Positions 28,279-40,759 of a DNA stretch of 64,000 nt are shown in pieces. Each line of letters begins with the position of its first letter. Positions within the stretch are counted from its first letter, which is position 1. The stretch lies in NCBI GenBank assembly GCA_004022145.1, contig RCNU01000002.1; one strand, given 5' to 3'. Below the pieces are notes generated by a model. The model was given only the letters and a program-made list of their open reading frames with translations. It had not been told where the DNA came from and made no database searches. The stretch is from Paecilomyces variotii. Taxonomy: Eukaryota. The position numbers and the translations under genes were made by a program.

Positions 28279-31200
28279 TATTCATATACCACGGTGGGAG
28301 GATAATATCGAGGCAGAATGTGAGCGACCACTCGAATTCTTTCTCGAGGTCCCGTAGAACAATACTAAACGCCTCCCCCCTGTCAGACTAACGCACAGCG
28401 CGTTCAACGACCAACGGTCCCAGTGTTAGTTACCTATCTCGAGACTGACCCTCTACGTGTGCTTGCTGCCCGGAATCGTACTTCTGATCCTGCAGCATCA
28501 CTGCTTAACTACAACATCATGATTCCTGAAAGCGGCGGTGAGTGAGAGCCACAGAGCATGCAGTTTTGCCCCGTGCAGCATGCGCATATGCTGCGGTTGG
28601 ACCGCAACGATCACAGTCATCCTCAAAACGAGAGAATCGGACATGGCGGCGCTCGGATCGTGCTGGGACTTCTCTCAAATCTCATCTGCAGAGATTATTA
28701 TCTGGACGGAAAATCTGGTGGCCGGTGCCAGGCCCCGTGCCCCGCCAGGCAAGAGTCTCAAGAATAAGAACAATAGTCAGTTAGTAGATAATAATAATAT
28801 CAAATAATGTCTACAGAGTAATGAAACTATTAACTCCATACACTGACAGTGTCCCTAGTTCTCTTTCATCTCAGCTTTAGAGTTATAAGAATCCATAGGG
28901 CTGTTGGGAGCAGGATTGAAAATCCGGCAGTTGAGTGAACCGGCAGAGGACGGACAATACCCGACTCGTTGAACCTCAAAGCTTCTGGAAAACGGTCTGG
29001 ATATTATTTAGCTAAGCCATGGCGAGAACACATCCGAAGGGTCCCGTCAGGATGACAGTAGCCGATGCTGCTCCAACTTCCAACCCATTATTCTCTCTCC
29101 TCTTCGGACTTCCCCAGTCTGAGGACGAAGCTTGCGTGCGTACTCCATAACTACTTGCATCCACGAGAGTTAGTTATATAAAGCGACATGCCTCAGGAAA
29201 CTCTAGTAGTTAATCGGCGACTTGGCGGGGACGCTCGGGGATTAAGGCTACTGCCAAAGACGGAAGGCGGTCTCCGCGGAAACGGGAAGAGGAGAAGGAA
29301 GCCGCGGTTAGTGCCAGTTTAGCGGCTGAGGGCTGCGGCAGTTTCCGCCCGGGCCTTTTTATTGCTATTATTCGTCCAGAATCAGGTCAGATTCAAAATA
29401 ATAATAAATAAGAATAATAATGCGAAGAAGAAAAAGAGAACTGTCCGATGCCGATGCACGACACGGCCCGCAGTTTGACGCCAAATAGGGCTTTTGGCGA
29501 CGGGCGAACGGAGTTATAGAGTTATATTATCATACTTATCATCAAATTCCACGATGTTACTGCAGTTCTCCGCATTCTACCGTACAGTCGTCCGTCAGCC
29601 GCCCGAGGGCTGTGCCACTGTGGCACCCACAGATGTCAATTCTGTAGTCGGTGGTCGATTCCACTCATCGACAGGAGAACAGTTCGTTCTCAGTCTTTGA
29701 GAGAAATAATAATAATGCATAGAGTACGGAGTATCTACCATACTCCAACTTCTCCAATTTCTCCAACTACTACTCCAGCGGATCATACCGCCCCCAACGC
29801 TGCTCGTTTCACCTGGACAGCGGAGACCGTCCCCATCAATCACGTGGCGCGGCTCCCGATCCGTGATCTGCGTCTTGACGATCAAAGGGCCACGGCACCA
29901 CCGGACGGACGTGTTCTCCAGAAACCCCCATGGCCATCGTTGCTGCTGTCATCATTGACCCCTTTTGTATCGATGCATTATTATTATCTGCGGCTGGCAG
30001 TATCATGATCTCCCAGATAATACGCAACCCTCGAACCACTTGTTGCCTGCAATCGTCGTAGATGCGTAAGTATCAGGTGATCATGCTGCATCGTGGCTCC
30101 TTACTTTTTCACCGTCTATGATGTGCATTTGTGCCCACAAATATTATCAAATATGATTTACACAGGGTAGAGAAAACTAACTGCTTCTGGAAGCTTCAAA
30201 GTATCAATCACAGGCATCTCACATCATCAAGGCCAAGCTCAGTGACGGGTGAAGGCTGTCTTTACCGTACCTTTTCACTGCTTTCTTTCATCTCTCGCCT
30301 TGTTTCTTTCCTCATCATTGTACTCTCGAGCCCCCGTGTGCCTATGCTTGACGGCAGGAAGCACGTGGAGATGGCTCGGACAGACGTCCCATCATAGTTA
30401 CTCTGCATTGATGTAAACTCATTGACATCGACCCGAATGCATATCTCGCAATTCCTGCAGATGTTTTATTTTTTTCCTTTCCATCTAAGCTCTTCCAGTC
30501 TGGGCATTACACAGCGATACTTCATATCTAATTGGAAGGTTCCATTGATGTCACAAGATATGAGATATATTCTGTCATTCCGCACATGATATGTTCATTG
30601 CCACTTGTGATACCCTATGAATAGCTTCAGGGAGACATTGATACTGTTTCGAATCTTCGAAGCAAGTGATTTGCTGTTCAATCAATAATTATACAGGACA
30701 AGTGAAACAATTGTGAAAACAGCTCGCAAAAGGACACCGCCATGCAAGAGAATCAGGAATTTGTGTCCGAGTACCGAACTTGCTGATGAACCCGCAAGAA
30801 GGACATATGCTGGGTATAATCAAACAGGGGAAGCAGACAGGACAAAACGAAACAGATTATGAGAACAACCCGCAGAAGAAGCCCGCCAAAGAATATCACG
30901 ATGCAAGATAGTTGATGATTTGTGGCTGAGTGTCAGCCACGCGGTTTCCGCAAGAACATACTCTGGGTATCACAAAACAGGAGAAACAGACAGGACAAAC
31001 CGAACACCGCAACATCACAAAAGCAAGAAAAGACAGAAACCGCTCACCTCCTCCCAACGCCAACATATGCAGAACTACTGCGGCCTGTCGTGCCCGTCTC
31101 AGGCCCGTACCACCGAGGTGCCGGACCCAAGAGGGCAACGACAGGCGCAGACAAGACAAACCAACAGAAAACTCAAGACCAGACAACAAAACAAAACAAC

Positions 31201-31392
31201 GTACAAGCCCACCCTGGGCCATCTCACCGAAGCGGCAGGCCCAGGGGGCAAGCAAGAGGAAACCAAAAGACAACCCACAAAACAACCCACGAAACAAAAA
31301 GACCAGTCCAGACCCAATTCAAAACCTATCTTTCTCGCGAAGGACAACAAGACGCCCGACGAGTATCCTCTCACCAGTAGGACGAGGGGAAC

Positions 31393-32612
31393 TTATCCAC
31401 CCCTCGCCCACTGGTCCGCCCAGCCGTCAAGGTGGTCCTTGACGGCTTGGAACGCCTCCATCGCGGCCACCCACTTGGAGTTGGCATCCTCCACCAGAGC
31501 TTCGAACCTCCGGCTTTGGACGCGATGGTAGGCGATCATGGCGGACCCTTCCAGGTTGTCGAGTGGGAAGGGGATCGGATACCGTCGCTCGGGAGCTGCG
31601 GCGGGTGTGACGGTCTGAACCGTCGAGGCGGGCACGACAGGGTCGGCAAAAGCGACACTCTGCGTTGGCTTGCGTGCCCGCCTCGGACGCTTCACGGGAG
31701 GTTTGTTCTCCTCCCTGACCGTGGCGGTTGTCGCGCCAGCAGCGGCTGCAGCCTCTGAGTCGGCTTGAGGCTCTTCGGCCTCGCGCTTCCTCTTCGAACT
31801 GCCCCGAGTCTGTCTCTTGGCAGGGCCAGCTGCGGGCCCAGCGTCAAGAGAGGGCTTTGTCTCCGAAGAGACGGCACCACCCTCCTTCTGCTGGGCCTTT
31901 CGCGCCCTCTTTGCAGGTGGGGGAGCCTCGGCCTCCACGCCCACCACAGAGACGTCGTTGTTGTTGGCGTCCTTTTGCTTGTCAGCTGCGACGCCGACCT
32001 GGGACCCTGCATCCCGCTTCCGTTTCTTGGAAGGGGAGACGTTGCTCGCTGTGGAGGAAACATCAGAATATCAGCTGACTTGTTCATAGATAGGAGATAA
32101 CTTTCTAATGCTAACGGAGAAAGACATCATTGACTTACCATCGTCGAGTACCAGACGATGCTTGCAACGTATCTTGGCTCTTTTGCAGGGACCACAGGCC
32201 GGGCCGAGCTTTTGACCCTCGGAGTCATTGGCTGCCGAGGAAAGGACGCCCTACATCAAACGACAGTCAGTCACTGAATCATGAAAAGAATGACAACGTC
32301 CAGAGACGAAAGAATGGATCGAGTACTTACTTTCTTGCCCTTCGCGGGCGCCGTTGGTTTTTCCGCGGGCTTCGGAGCCCCGTTGTTGGTGTCTCCCCCA
32401 GCGGCCTCCACCGGCTGGGGGTTGGGAACGGGGCCCGACGCGGCTTGACTCCCCCGCTTCTTGCGCGGGGGGTCGCTTCTCAGAAGCTTGAGCCTCCCTG
32501 AGAAACGCTCCCTATCGAAGTGCGTTGGGCACAGTTCGTAATGGTCCTTGTAGGGGCCATCCTCCAGGGGGGTGCCACAGATGCGGCAGACGACTTCGAT
32601 TTCGTCGGCCAT
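31393..32612 (-). CDS. Orphan nuclear zinc-finger protein, 349 aa (exons 32612-32331, 32250-32139, 32048-31393)
   Basis: Canonical GTAAGT donors and CTGAC/GCTGAT branch sites give one 1050-nt frame. It encodes CRIC-x15-CPTH, ACGPCKRAKIRCKHR, several basic NLS-like clusters (KKRKR, PAKRARK) and a C-terminal helix KWVAAMEAFQAVKDHLDGWADQW. Confidence 0.8.
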
Positions 32613-32639
32613 TGTTCTTCTGTGGCGAAGCAGAAGAGA

Positions 32640-33200
32640 AGAAGTATGAAAGTTGTCGAGAAGAAAGAAGGCCGTTGGAAAGCTAGTCCAACCGGCGCAG
32701 ATGGTTGTGTCGAAAAGTGCAGACAAGACTCGAAAGGCCGTCAGCAACGAGATGTCAAAGTGGTGAGGTGAAGTAAGAAGTTGTTGAAAAGTGCAGAAAG
32801 AACTCAAATGGTCACCGACAAAAATTTATCAAAATGATAAGATAAGAAGTTGTCGAAGGAGTCTTGGAAGCAGCGAAGTGCAGACAGGGCTCGAGCCGTC
32901 AGCAACGAGATGTCAGGGTGGTAGGGTGAGAAGTTGTCGAAAGTCTTTCAGCAGAAAATGCACGAAAGAGTCGGAGGATCGCCAGCAGCGAGTTGTCAAT
33001 GTGGTATGGTAAGAAGAAGTTGTTGAAAGGGTCTTTAGCAGCGGAGTGCACAAAAGATTCGGAGAGCCGTCAGAAGAGGTTTGTAAGTCACCAAAAGGTC
33101 AAGAAGAAGGATGAAAAGGAGTTAAGAAAAGGCCTGTCAGAACGAAGTGCACAAAGACTCGGAGGGCCACCAGAAGAGGCTTTGCTAATCCCCAAAGTTC
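32640..33200. repeat. Degenerate tandem array A, about 6 units of 75-100 bp
   Basis: Anchor AAGTGCA(G/C)A..GACTCG...CCGTCAGCAACGAGATGTCA...AGAAGTTGT(C/T)GAA recurs near 32715, 32789, 32876, 32957, 33045 and 33145. Confidence 0.85.
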
Positions 33201-33204
33201 AAGG

Positions 33205-33925
33205 GTGATGATGAGTTCTTAAGAAAGAGGAAGAAGCTCGACGTGAGGGTTGTCCAGAAATCTGAAGATCAGCGCGGTGTTGATGTCCGCACGAGAAGAT
33301 GTTTCCTGAAGGATCGGAATATGATCTGGAGAAGTATGAAGAATGAAAGAGTGATGACCAGTTATGAAGAGGATGAAGAAGCTCCACGTGATGGTTGTCC
33401 AGGATTATGAAGATCAGCAAGATTCTGAAGATCAGCGCGGTGTTGATGTCAGCGCGAGAATATCTTTCCTGGAGGATCGAAATACGATCTAGAGAGGTAT
33501 GAAGAATGATGAAGAATGATGACGAGTTATGAAGAGAATGAAGAAACTCGACGTGTGGTTGTCCAGAATTCTGAAGACGAGCGCGATGTTGATATTCCAC
33601 GCGAGGTCTCACGAAACCCCTGAACGTTCAAAATATGATCTGGAGGAGTATGAAGAATGATGAAGAGTGATGACGAGTTATGAAGAGGATGAAGAGGATG
33701 AAGAGACTAGACTCGACGTGTGGTTGTCCAGAATTTTGAAACCAACGCGTTGTTGATGTCCACGCGAGGAGATCTCACGAAACCCCTGAACGTTCGAAAT
33801 ATGATCTGGAAAGGTACGAGATATGATGAAAAGTGACGACGAGTTATGAAGAGGATGAAGAGACTCGACGTGACGGTTATTCAGAGTTCTGAATACCAGC
33901 GTGATGTTGACGTTCACGAGAAGAA
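33205..33925. repeat. Degenerate tandem array B, about 4.5 units of 150-165 bp
   Basis: Unit GATGACGAGTTATGAAGAGGATGAAGA..CTCGACGTG.GGTTGTCCAGAA..CTGAAGA...GTTGATGTCC...AATATGATCTGGA starts near 33208, 33353, 33518, 33669 and 33835. Confidence 0.9.
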
Positions 33926-33985
33926 GAGGTGGAGAGAAGGAGAGGAAGAAAGTAGAGAAAGGTTGTGTGGGAGATGCTCTTTATA
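33918..33985 (-). promoter_or_regulatory. Candidate core promoter: TATAAA followed by a CT-rich tract
   Basis: TTTATA at 33980-33985 on + (TATAAA on -). The pyrimidine-rich tract at 33918-33960 on - is typical of filamentous-fungal transcription start regions. Confidence 0.5.
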
Positions 33986-34264
33986 CCCTAGGTGGGTGAA
34001 GCCAGAGCAACACAATTAAGCGAGTGTGTGTATACGGAGTGCTCCGGTCCATCTGTTGTTATGATATCGAGTTGTGTTCCTTGCAGGCGAATCCCAGGTG
34101 ACAAAGGCTTTTTACATACCCTACAAGGGTCACCGACGTGGTAAAAAAAGAGATTCGGCCATTATTGCGGGGATCAGGAACCCAGGGTTTATAAAGATGG
34201 CAGAACTGGGAGTATATTGCTTTACTGCTGATATCTGCTTCTAGACTGCATGTCACAGGCTTTT

Positions 34265-35342
34265 TTAAGGCCACAACTCCGTCTCAACCCACCGTTTCCC
34301 TTGCTCACCGTAATCTCCAATAGAGTTCCACTGGAACCGTCTTGGTTTCTCGTAGTCATTGAGATCCAGTCGCTCGACTTCCTCTGGGCGAATGACAACG
34401 ACACGGAAGTTCTTCCTGGCTGTGGGATCATGGAGGTCGTGGACTTTCTGACCCAACTTGATATTTGGATCGCTTGGGACTTCAGTAACAGGATGTCCTG
34501 GTGGTGGGTTTCTGAAAGAACCTGCCGGTTGCAAGTTAGCATAAAAAGGAACAAAGTTGTCCGTCTATATCGAGACAATTGGAGTGATATCAATGAATAT
34601 GTCAATGGACAATGCCCGGTATGCAAGCCGCATAATAAAGCACATTCAAAGAACAATAAAGATCCATCCCATAAGACATAAAGAAAAACAAAATTCACTA
34701 CTCACCTCTCATAACCGGAGTATGGTTCGCAAAATACGTAGTAATCTCTTTCTCCCAGCTCCATTCTCCTCCCACAGCCGTACCACCTGCATCTCTCAAC
34801 CTCATCCCCTTCTTAATCTCCTCCCTCGCCTCCAATTCCCCTCCCTCTTCCGCTGAAGCTCCAATAACAAACGCCCTCCCTTTGATCCTCCATTGGTTCT
34901 TGGCCTCTTTCGCCCAAAAAACCGTCTCGACCACGCCCTCAGACCCCACCAGCTGACCCGTCTTCTCCATCCTGACATCGGTCGTGAACGTGAGCATATC
35001 ACTTTCGAAAATCAACGGATTCAACTCATCCTCCTCTTTAAGCTGCTTCTCCGCCTCGGGGTGCAGTTCCGGCTGGCCCCAGAATGCGCGAAATCCAACA
35101 TATCGCACGCGCGGCACCCATTGGCCTTGCGGAGCGCGCGATATGGTCGCGAGGGCCATTTCACGACTTGTCATCTTTGAGAGATGGTCCTGGAATAACT
35201 TTCGCCAAGGCGCGGCGGCCGCTGGACTTGCGGGAGATGCCATTGAGGAGATACTGCGAAATTGATTGATGTGGTGGTGATGATTGAAGATTCGAGATGC
35301 GAAGAAGGAAAGTGGCTGATGACGGAATAGCGTAGATACCAT
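34265..35342 (-). CDS. Pyridoxamine 5'-phosphate oxidase-like FMN-binding split-barrel protein (YGR017W/Alr4036-like); intron 34522-34705
   Basis: APWR...LATI...PRVRYVGFR...FTTDVRMEK...QWRIKG, and second exon GSFRNPPPG...ARKNFRVVVIRPEEVERLDL...WVETELWP. Confidence 0.88.
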
Positions 35343-36704
35343 TCAACAGCGGGTGAGATATGAACGGATAGGATAGATTTTATCAATCGGTATCGTATCT
35401 ACACGCCTTATATCCGATAAAGCTGACGTGCAAAGGGCTCCGGTAACTATGCCATGTACCTGCTGTTCGTTCGTTCGTTCGTTGACCCCGCGTAAGCAGT
35501 ATGTAACCTACCTACTTAAATACGGAGAATGACACAGTCAAAAACTTCCCCAGGCTGACCACACAGAACGCTATTCAACCGATTCAAGTGTCGAATAAAC
35601 ACCAAGTAAAGGGTCGATCCTAATCATTCATCTACAAGGGCAAGAAAACAATACCTCTTCGAACGGACGTTCTGGCTGGCCGCTGTTGACGTCGTTTTTT
35701 TCTTGGCTCGCTTATCTTATCGTTGTCACAAGCCCCGCTAACTTACTTTACTCTTATTCCAACCCACCAGCTCAATCACCTGGTGCTTTCCATGTATAAG
35801 GGATGTTGCTTATTAGCGCAGATTTACCTTGTATGGGGGATTCAGTGGGATCATTTTATGTATACACGTAACAATGGTCTAAGTATACAACCGTTAAACT
35901 GACCAAAAATAGAAATATATATATAGAACCATATACATGAGAAAGCCTCTTCAAAGAATAAAACGCAGCACACGAAGCTGGAATACGAAGATTTGAAGAT
36001 TTGAAGATTCAATGTTCAGAATTTGCGATTCTATCAGACCCCGAGATATATCCTGTATAACTCAATCCGGTCCGTGTGCAGAAATCAACATGGGTAACTA
36101 GCGGAAGGGGGAAAGCGAGATTGGGATAGACTGTCAGGGCCCTATGGCTGTTGTCAGCATATTGACATTGTTTGACGTCTGATCTTGATCGTTGTTAATA
36201 TATATGGAAGATAATAAAGCACATTCTTTAATACCTGAATAGTGGTGTGTGACGTCTCCTTGATGTCGGCTGCTGCACGGATTTAGCAGGTTTGTCACGG
36301 CCTGGTCTAGGATGGACTCAGGTTGGAACTCGGACAGTCTTTGCGCTAGACCGAGGAAGACAGCTACAAGAGCCACAAGATCTCCTAGATCACACGACAC
36401 AGCAGTTTATAAGTCAACTACTCATATTATTGATGTAGATGTCAGAGGCTTAGCCACTGGATGATTCCACAAGCAAAGAACAGCCCTCTCTTAGAATGCC
36501 ATTTAAATATAAACATACTATGAAAACAAACTCCACAAACACCGAAACCAGCCTGTAGATCAGTACATGAGCTTTTGTATCGTACTTTTCGCAAAACCGG
36601 CAGCCCCTAAATAGAAGGCCTCCGGACCAGTATGCAAAGACCCCTGATTATGGACCCCCCATTCCTGTCCTCCCATACGACAGCTAACAGTGGACGCTAG
36701 AAGG

Positions 36705-37758
36705 TCACATCTGCATCTTGTCTTCATCTTCTTCATCAGCTCCCAGCGCGCCACCGGGTATCCGACCTTCGTTCAGCTCCTTCTCCAATCTCGTGATCTC
36801 CTGCAAGCTCTTGGCCTCACGGATCATCTTCTCGACGCGCTTCCTTTCTTTCTCCGTCAACTTCACGCGGATCGCCTTATCGCTCGGCGCACCTGGTGCC
36901 GCCGCAGAAACATCGAACGCGCGGGACTTGATGCCGATGATCTTGGATGCAAGAGACGTAGGCTCTTCATGGGTTCCGAACAGCTCAGCAGCTTTTGCGC
37001 GCTCAGCATCCTTGACCTTGTGATAGTCCAGGAAGCGGACGGAAGGAATGCGCCAGATGACGTAGTATCGGTAATGCTGCGCTGAATTAGCTACTAAGTC
37101 TTACGGTCTCAGCTGCCAACCTTCCTTACCTCTTTTCTCGTGACAGGATTCTCCAGTAGAACCAAATGCGTCAATCGTGTGAACTTCCCAAGCGGATCTA
37201 GGTCGGCCAGTTCGTTCATATTGTTCGACGTCAGGACAAGGTTCGTTAGATTCGGTATCGAAGAGGCCAAACTTGGGTGGATCTGGCTGACTCTGTTGCG
37301 CGCCAGCATCAGGCTGCGGAGTCGGGGAAAGAAAGGAAAGTTCGAAAGGGAGGAGATATCGTTATCCGTGAAGTCGATAGCATCTTGGTCCTATAGAAGA
37401 CAAAACGTACATATAAGCACTCTTCCAAGTCTACTTTCTCAATAATTACACAGCAGACGGGTGCGCATTGGCCCGTTAAAATGCATGCTACCAGCGCAAC
37501 GAGGCCTTGAAATGACGCGACGACAGAGTTGAGTTGCTATGACATACCTTTGCAACACCCAGATTCTCGATAGCCGGAATCTTATGCCCTATACGCCACA
37601 AACACACGAACCGATATCAATGGTGCTCTTTTTCCAAAGTGTAGTACCTGCCCTTTTCAGGTTTTGGTGTGTAACGCACCTCGGAGATCCAGCTCGCGCT
37701 CCTTGAGCGGGTTGATATAGGAGAGGGAGTTTTGGATAAGTTCGACGGTCAATCGCAT
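36705..37758 (-). CDS. LEA1: U2 snRNP A' (LRR protein), 4 exons
   Basis: MRLTVELIQNSLSYINPLKERELDLRG^HKIPAIENLGVAK^DQDAIDFTDNDI...ENPVTRKE^HYRYYVIWRIPSVRFLDY; stop at 36705-36707. Confidence 0.95.
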
Positions 37759-38460
37759 GATGGTGGTATGAGGGATAAATACTGTTCTATCGCGATATCA
37801 TGAGAGTAAGAATAAAAAGTCGATAATGTCCGGGCAAATGCAGAATCGAAAGCGCAGAAAGGTGTATGATGGAGGTGAAGCTCGTCTCGGCGGGCAAAAG
37901 ATCGATCCGCGCAGCTTCCAAACCAAGAGACTGCGGAGGTCACGTGTGCACCAACCCTCTATTAAGACGTCAGTCTGTCCCGACTCCAGACCCTACAAAG
38001 ATACAATGTCGCTTGGTAGATCTTTTGAGCTGTCCTGGTATGAATACGACAAAAGACTTTCCAGAGGGCTAGTTACTGCACCATAACCAGCGTGATAACT
38101 GATCTGAGATGCCTTTAGTGGCCCTCCCGGAACTGTATGATCAATTCAGGGACAGGAGTTTTGACTTTCTTGAATGAAAATAAATTGAAGGCTGCGGAAA
38201 AGTAATTACATCAGATACACATGAAGGTAGAACATCGAAGATATATATATTTGTAAATCAAATTATCGTCAACGAAGAGACATCAGCAGAGAACGTCTGA
38301 TCCACAGACTACCGCGCAAGCAACAAGTTGGAAGCAGAATTCTGAAAATCATCGTACAGGACGTCTAACCAATCCATTACCTAGGATGAACCGAAACACC
38401 GATCTAAAGAACTCCGTAACGAAACCATATGCAGAATACCGTACCCTCCCCGGAAGCCAG

Positions 38461-40759
38461 CTAATCGTCAGCCACAGGCGTCATCAAGGGCGACTTATGA
38501 TGAGATCTTATCGGACTGCCGGCTCTCGACCGTCGTCCGTTTGAAGTTGGGCCCAAGGCTATGGGTGTCAAGTGGTCTCGACTTTCCGTTCTGACAGCCA
38601 AACCGGTCCGATCCATGCGGTTCCCGCTTGAGCTTCCAATTCCCAACCCAACACTTCCACTAGAACTGTCGTCAAATCCGAATTTGAAGGTTGGGGTCTT
38701 TGTTGGAGACTTTGTGCCATTCCAACTGAATGCCCGCTTCGGCATGCGATAGGCCATCGAATCGGGATCGCTACTGCCGTCACCGGGATCTGAGGCTTCT
38801 CCCAGTTCAAAATCACGGCTGCCATCCTCGAGGACCCTTTCATACGATGCAGATCTTCGTCCAAGAAAGGGAATTTTGCCGCCAAAGATCCTTCGCTTCT
38901 TGTGAGGAGAGTGCGGGCCAAAGTGGAAGAAGTTGATGATTTTATGGTAGATGCGAGAGCGACGATTCCGACCGCAAGCAAAGAAGGCAGCCAGAATGAC
39001 CAAAAAGACAAAGACTAAAACTCCCGGAATCCTCCTAGGAGATTCCCCGGCGAAAAGGGCCTCCTGCCAACGCCCCGACTCAGCCTCCGGAAGCAGCTCA
39101 ACACTGGGATACTGGAAGTCACCCGGAATGCCTGGGACATTGCTACCAAAGCCCACTGGTAGAGCATCTTCCTCGTCTGGAGGCACTTGCGCAGAAGCAT
39201 AGAGCACCATTTTCCCCAGCGTCCAGCTAACTTCGGTAGAGTCGATTTTGTGGACAGGCTGGAAGGGATCCAGGAAACCTTTCTCCTTGCCATGCTGGAG
39301 AACCTCTTTAGTTCCATTATGTCTTGAGCCCGCTGTATCTTCGAGCCCAACGCGTGGTATCCCAATGCCGCTGTGCAGCACATTGATGATCCAAGAAGCC
39401 TTGAAGCAGACCTCATATGCCATTTGCCGATCGACCTTCTTCCCCCACCGGTGCTCTGCGATGCCAACATCGAGGGAATCCCAGTCCTGCGAACAGAACT
39501 CTTGTACTCTTTGTTGGTACGTATTGAAATCGTACGCCTTATCCTTATAGCCCATCTCGAAGATCTCATGCGTCGTGTGCCAATATTCACTGATACCAAC
39601 AAAGTGGTTCACGTCGAAGTCAATAGCTGGGACGTGTATACCGTGGAGCAAGCAAGGTTCATCCGGGCATGGCGCATCTTTGTCCAGCAAAGGGTATGTC
39701 TGTCGAAGACACTCATCGAATTTTCCCGTGCCTAGAAGATGGACGTCCGCGACAGAATCGGCAGAAAGCAATTGCCCATCAAGAGAGGTTCGCAGGCCAG
39801 CAGGAAGGCATGGATCTGGTAATTCCCTGCTTTCCTCCCCGCTTGCTTCTCGGAGGTGCTTGATGTACCGATTGCGAGCCTCGTGGACCCCATATTCTAG
39901 CCAGGAAGTGACAAACACTTTGTGCTCCTGAGGAGAACCATCCACGTTCCGCATTCTCAGCAACTTCAAGTCGTTGGCATGTTTCTCAGCCTCGGTGGCG
40001 TTGGGAGCAAAAGCAATCTGTGCTGAGGCACCACCCATATCCAAAAAGCCATAGGTGCTGTGTCCCTTGCCATGATCGTGCTTATCCGGGGCATCGAAGC
40101 TGCCCAAAAGGTAGTTTGTGGCGATCCAGCCATACAATCCTTCCGTTTCCCCCGAAATTACTTGGATGTGAAGATCGCAGTCGGGCAGCAAGAAGTCGGA
40201 ATGCGAACGGGTGTAGGAACAAATTCGATCGAGCAGGAGCTGTCGTTCGACATTACCTAGTAACCGCATGCCAGCTGTGGCCAGAAGAAATATCGGTGTC
40301 TCCTTCACGGCATCCGCCGGCACAACCGCAAGCGCATGCTGCAGCAGCGATTCCAGGTGCTCCGGACCGACCTGGTCTATCTTGGTCGCAAAAGACGACA
40401 CACCTAAACGGTGGATATCAGCAAGAGTGATGTCTCTCTTGTGTTGACGGTTCCAGTATCACCCACCAGGATGGATCTTCTTCGTCCATTCCTCCTTTGT
40501 CTTGATTTCCGGTAGCGACTTCAATCGCTCCGGATCCGCCTCCTTGCGCGCCTTATTATTATCTAACCATCGATAAACATGTACTCGAGTCCCCTGCACA
40601 TGGTAATTAGAAGCCGTCGACTGCAAAGACAATCTCCAGAGTATACTCACAGACGAGCCCGCGTCCAGGATAACTCCATATCGCCCTGTAGCGCCATCTC
40701 ATCAGCACTTGACTCGTGGCTCGGAATAAGACTGCTGCGAGTTACTTACATTTGCCCAT
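38461..40759 (-). CDS. YND1: Golgi apyrase (GDA1/CD39 NTPDase family) with short 5' exons
   Basis: Spliced N-terminus MGKWRYGVILDAGSS^GTRVHVY (ACR1). Also ATAGMRLL, GETEGLYGW, DMGGASAQIAF, SWTLG and one C-terminal TM segment with a long cytosolic tail. Confidence 0.93.

Noticed and set aside
30896..31531. Overlapping 130-200 aa ORFs on both strands
   Set aside because: Low-complexity, T-poor + strand avoids stops by composition; the peptides are featureless and overlap the 3' end of the real minus-strand gene.
32640..33925. Repeat arrays as a CRISPR-like locus or as protein-coding repeats
   Set aside because: Eukaryotic DNA; the units are wholly degenerate copies without unique spacers; no cas genes; minus-strand ORFs start at GTG/TTG and units change frame.
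16300..34000. Starship or other giant mobile element
   Set aside because: No DUF3435 tyrosine-recombinase captain or element boundaries recognised, and a conserved core-type gene (26549-27505) lies in the middle.
35600..35660. Similarity of minus-strand TTTCTTGCCCTTGTAGA to U5 snRNA loop I
   Set aside because: Lacks the invariant GCCUUUUAC loop sequence.
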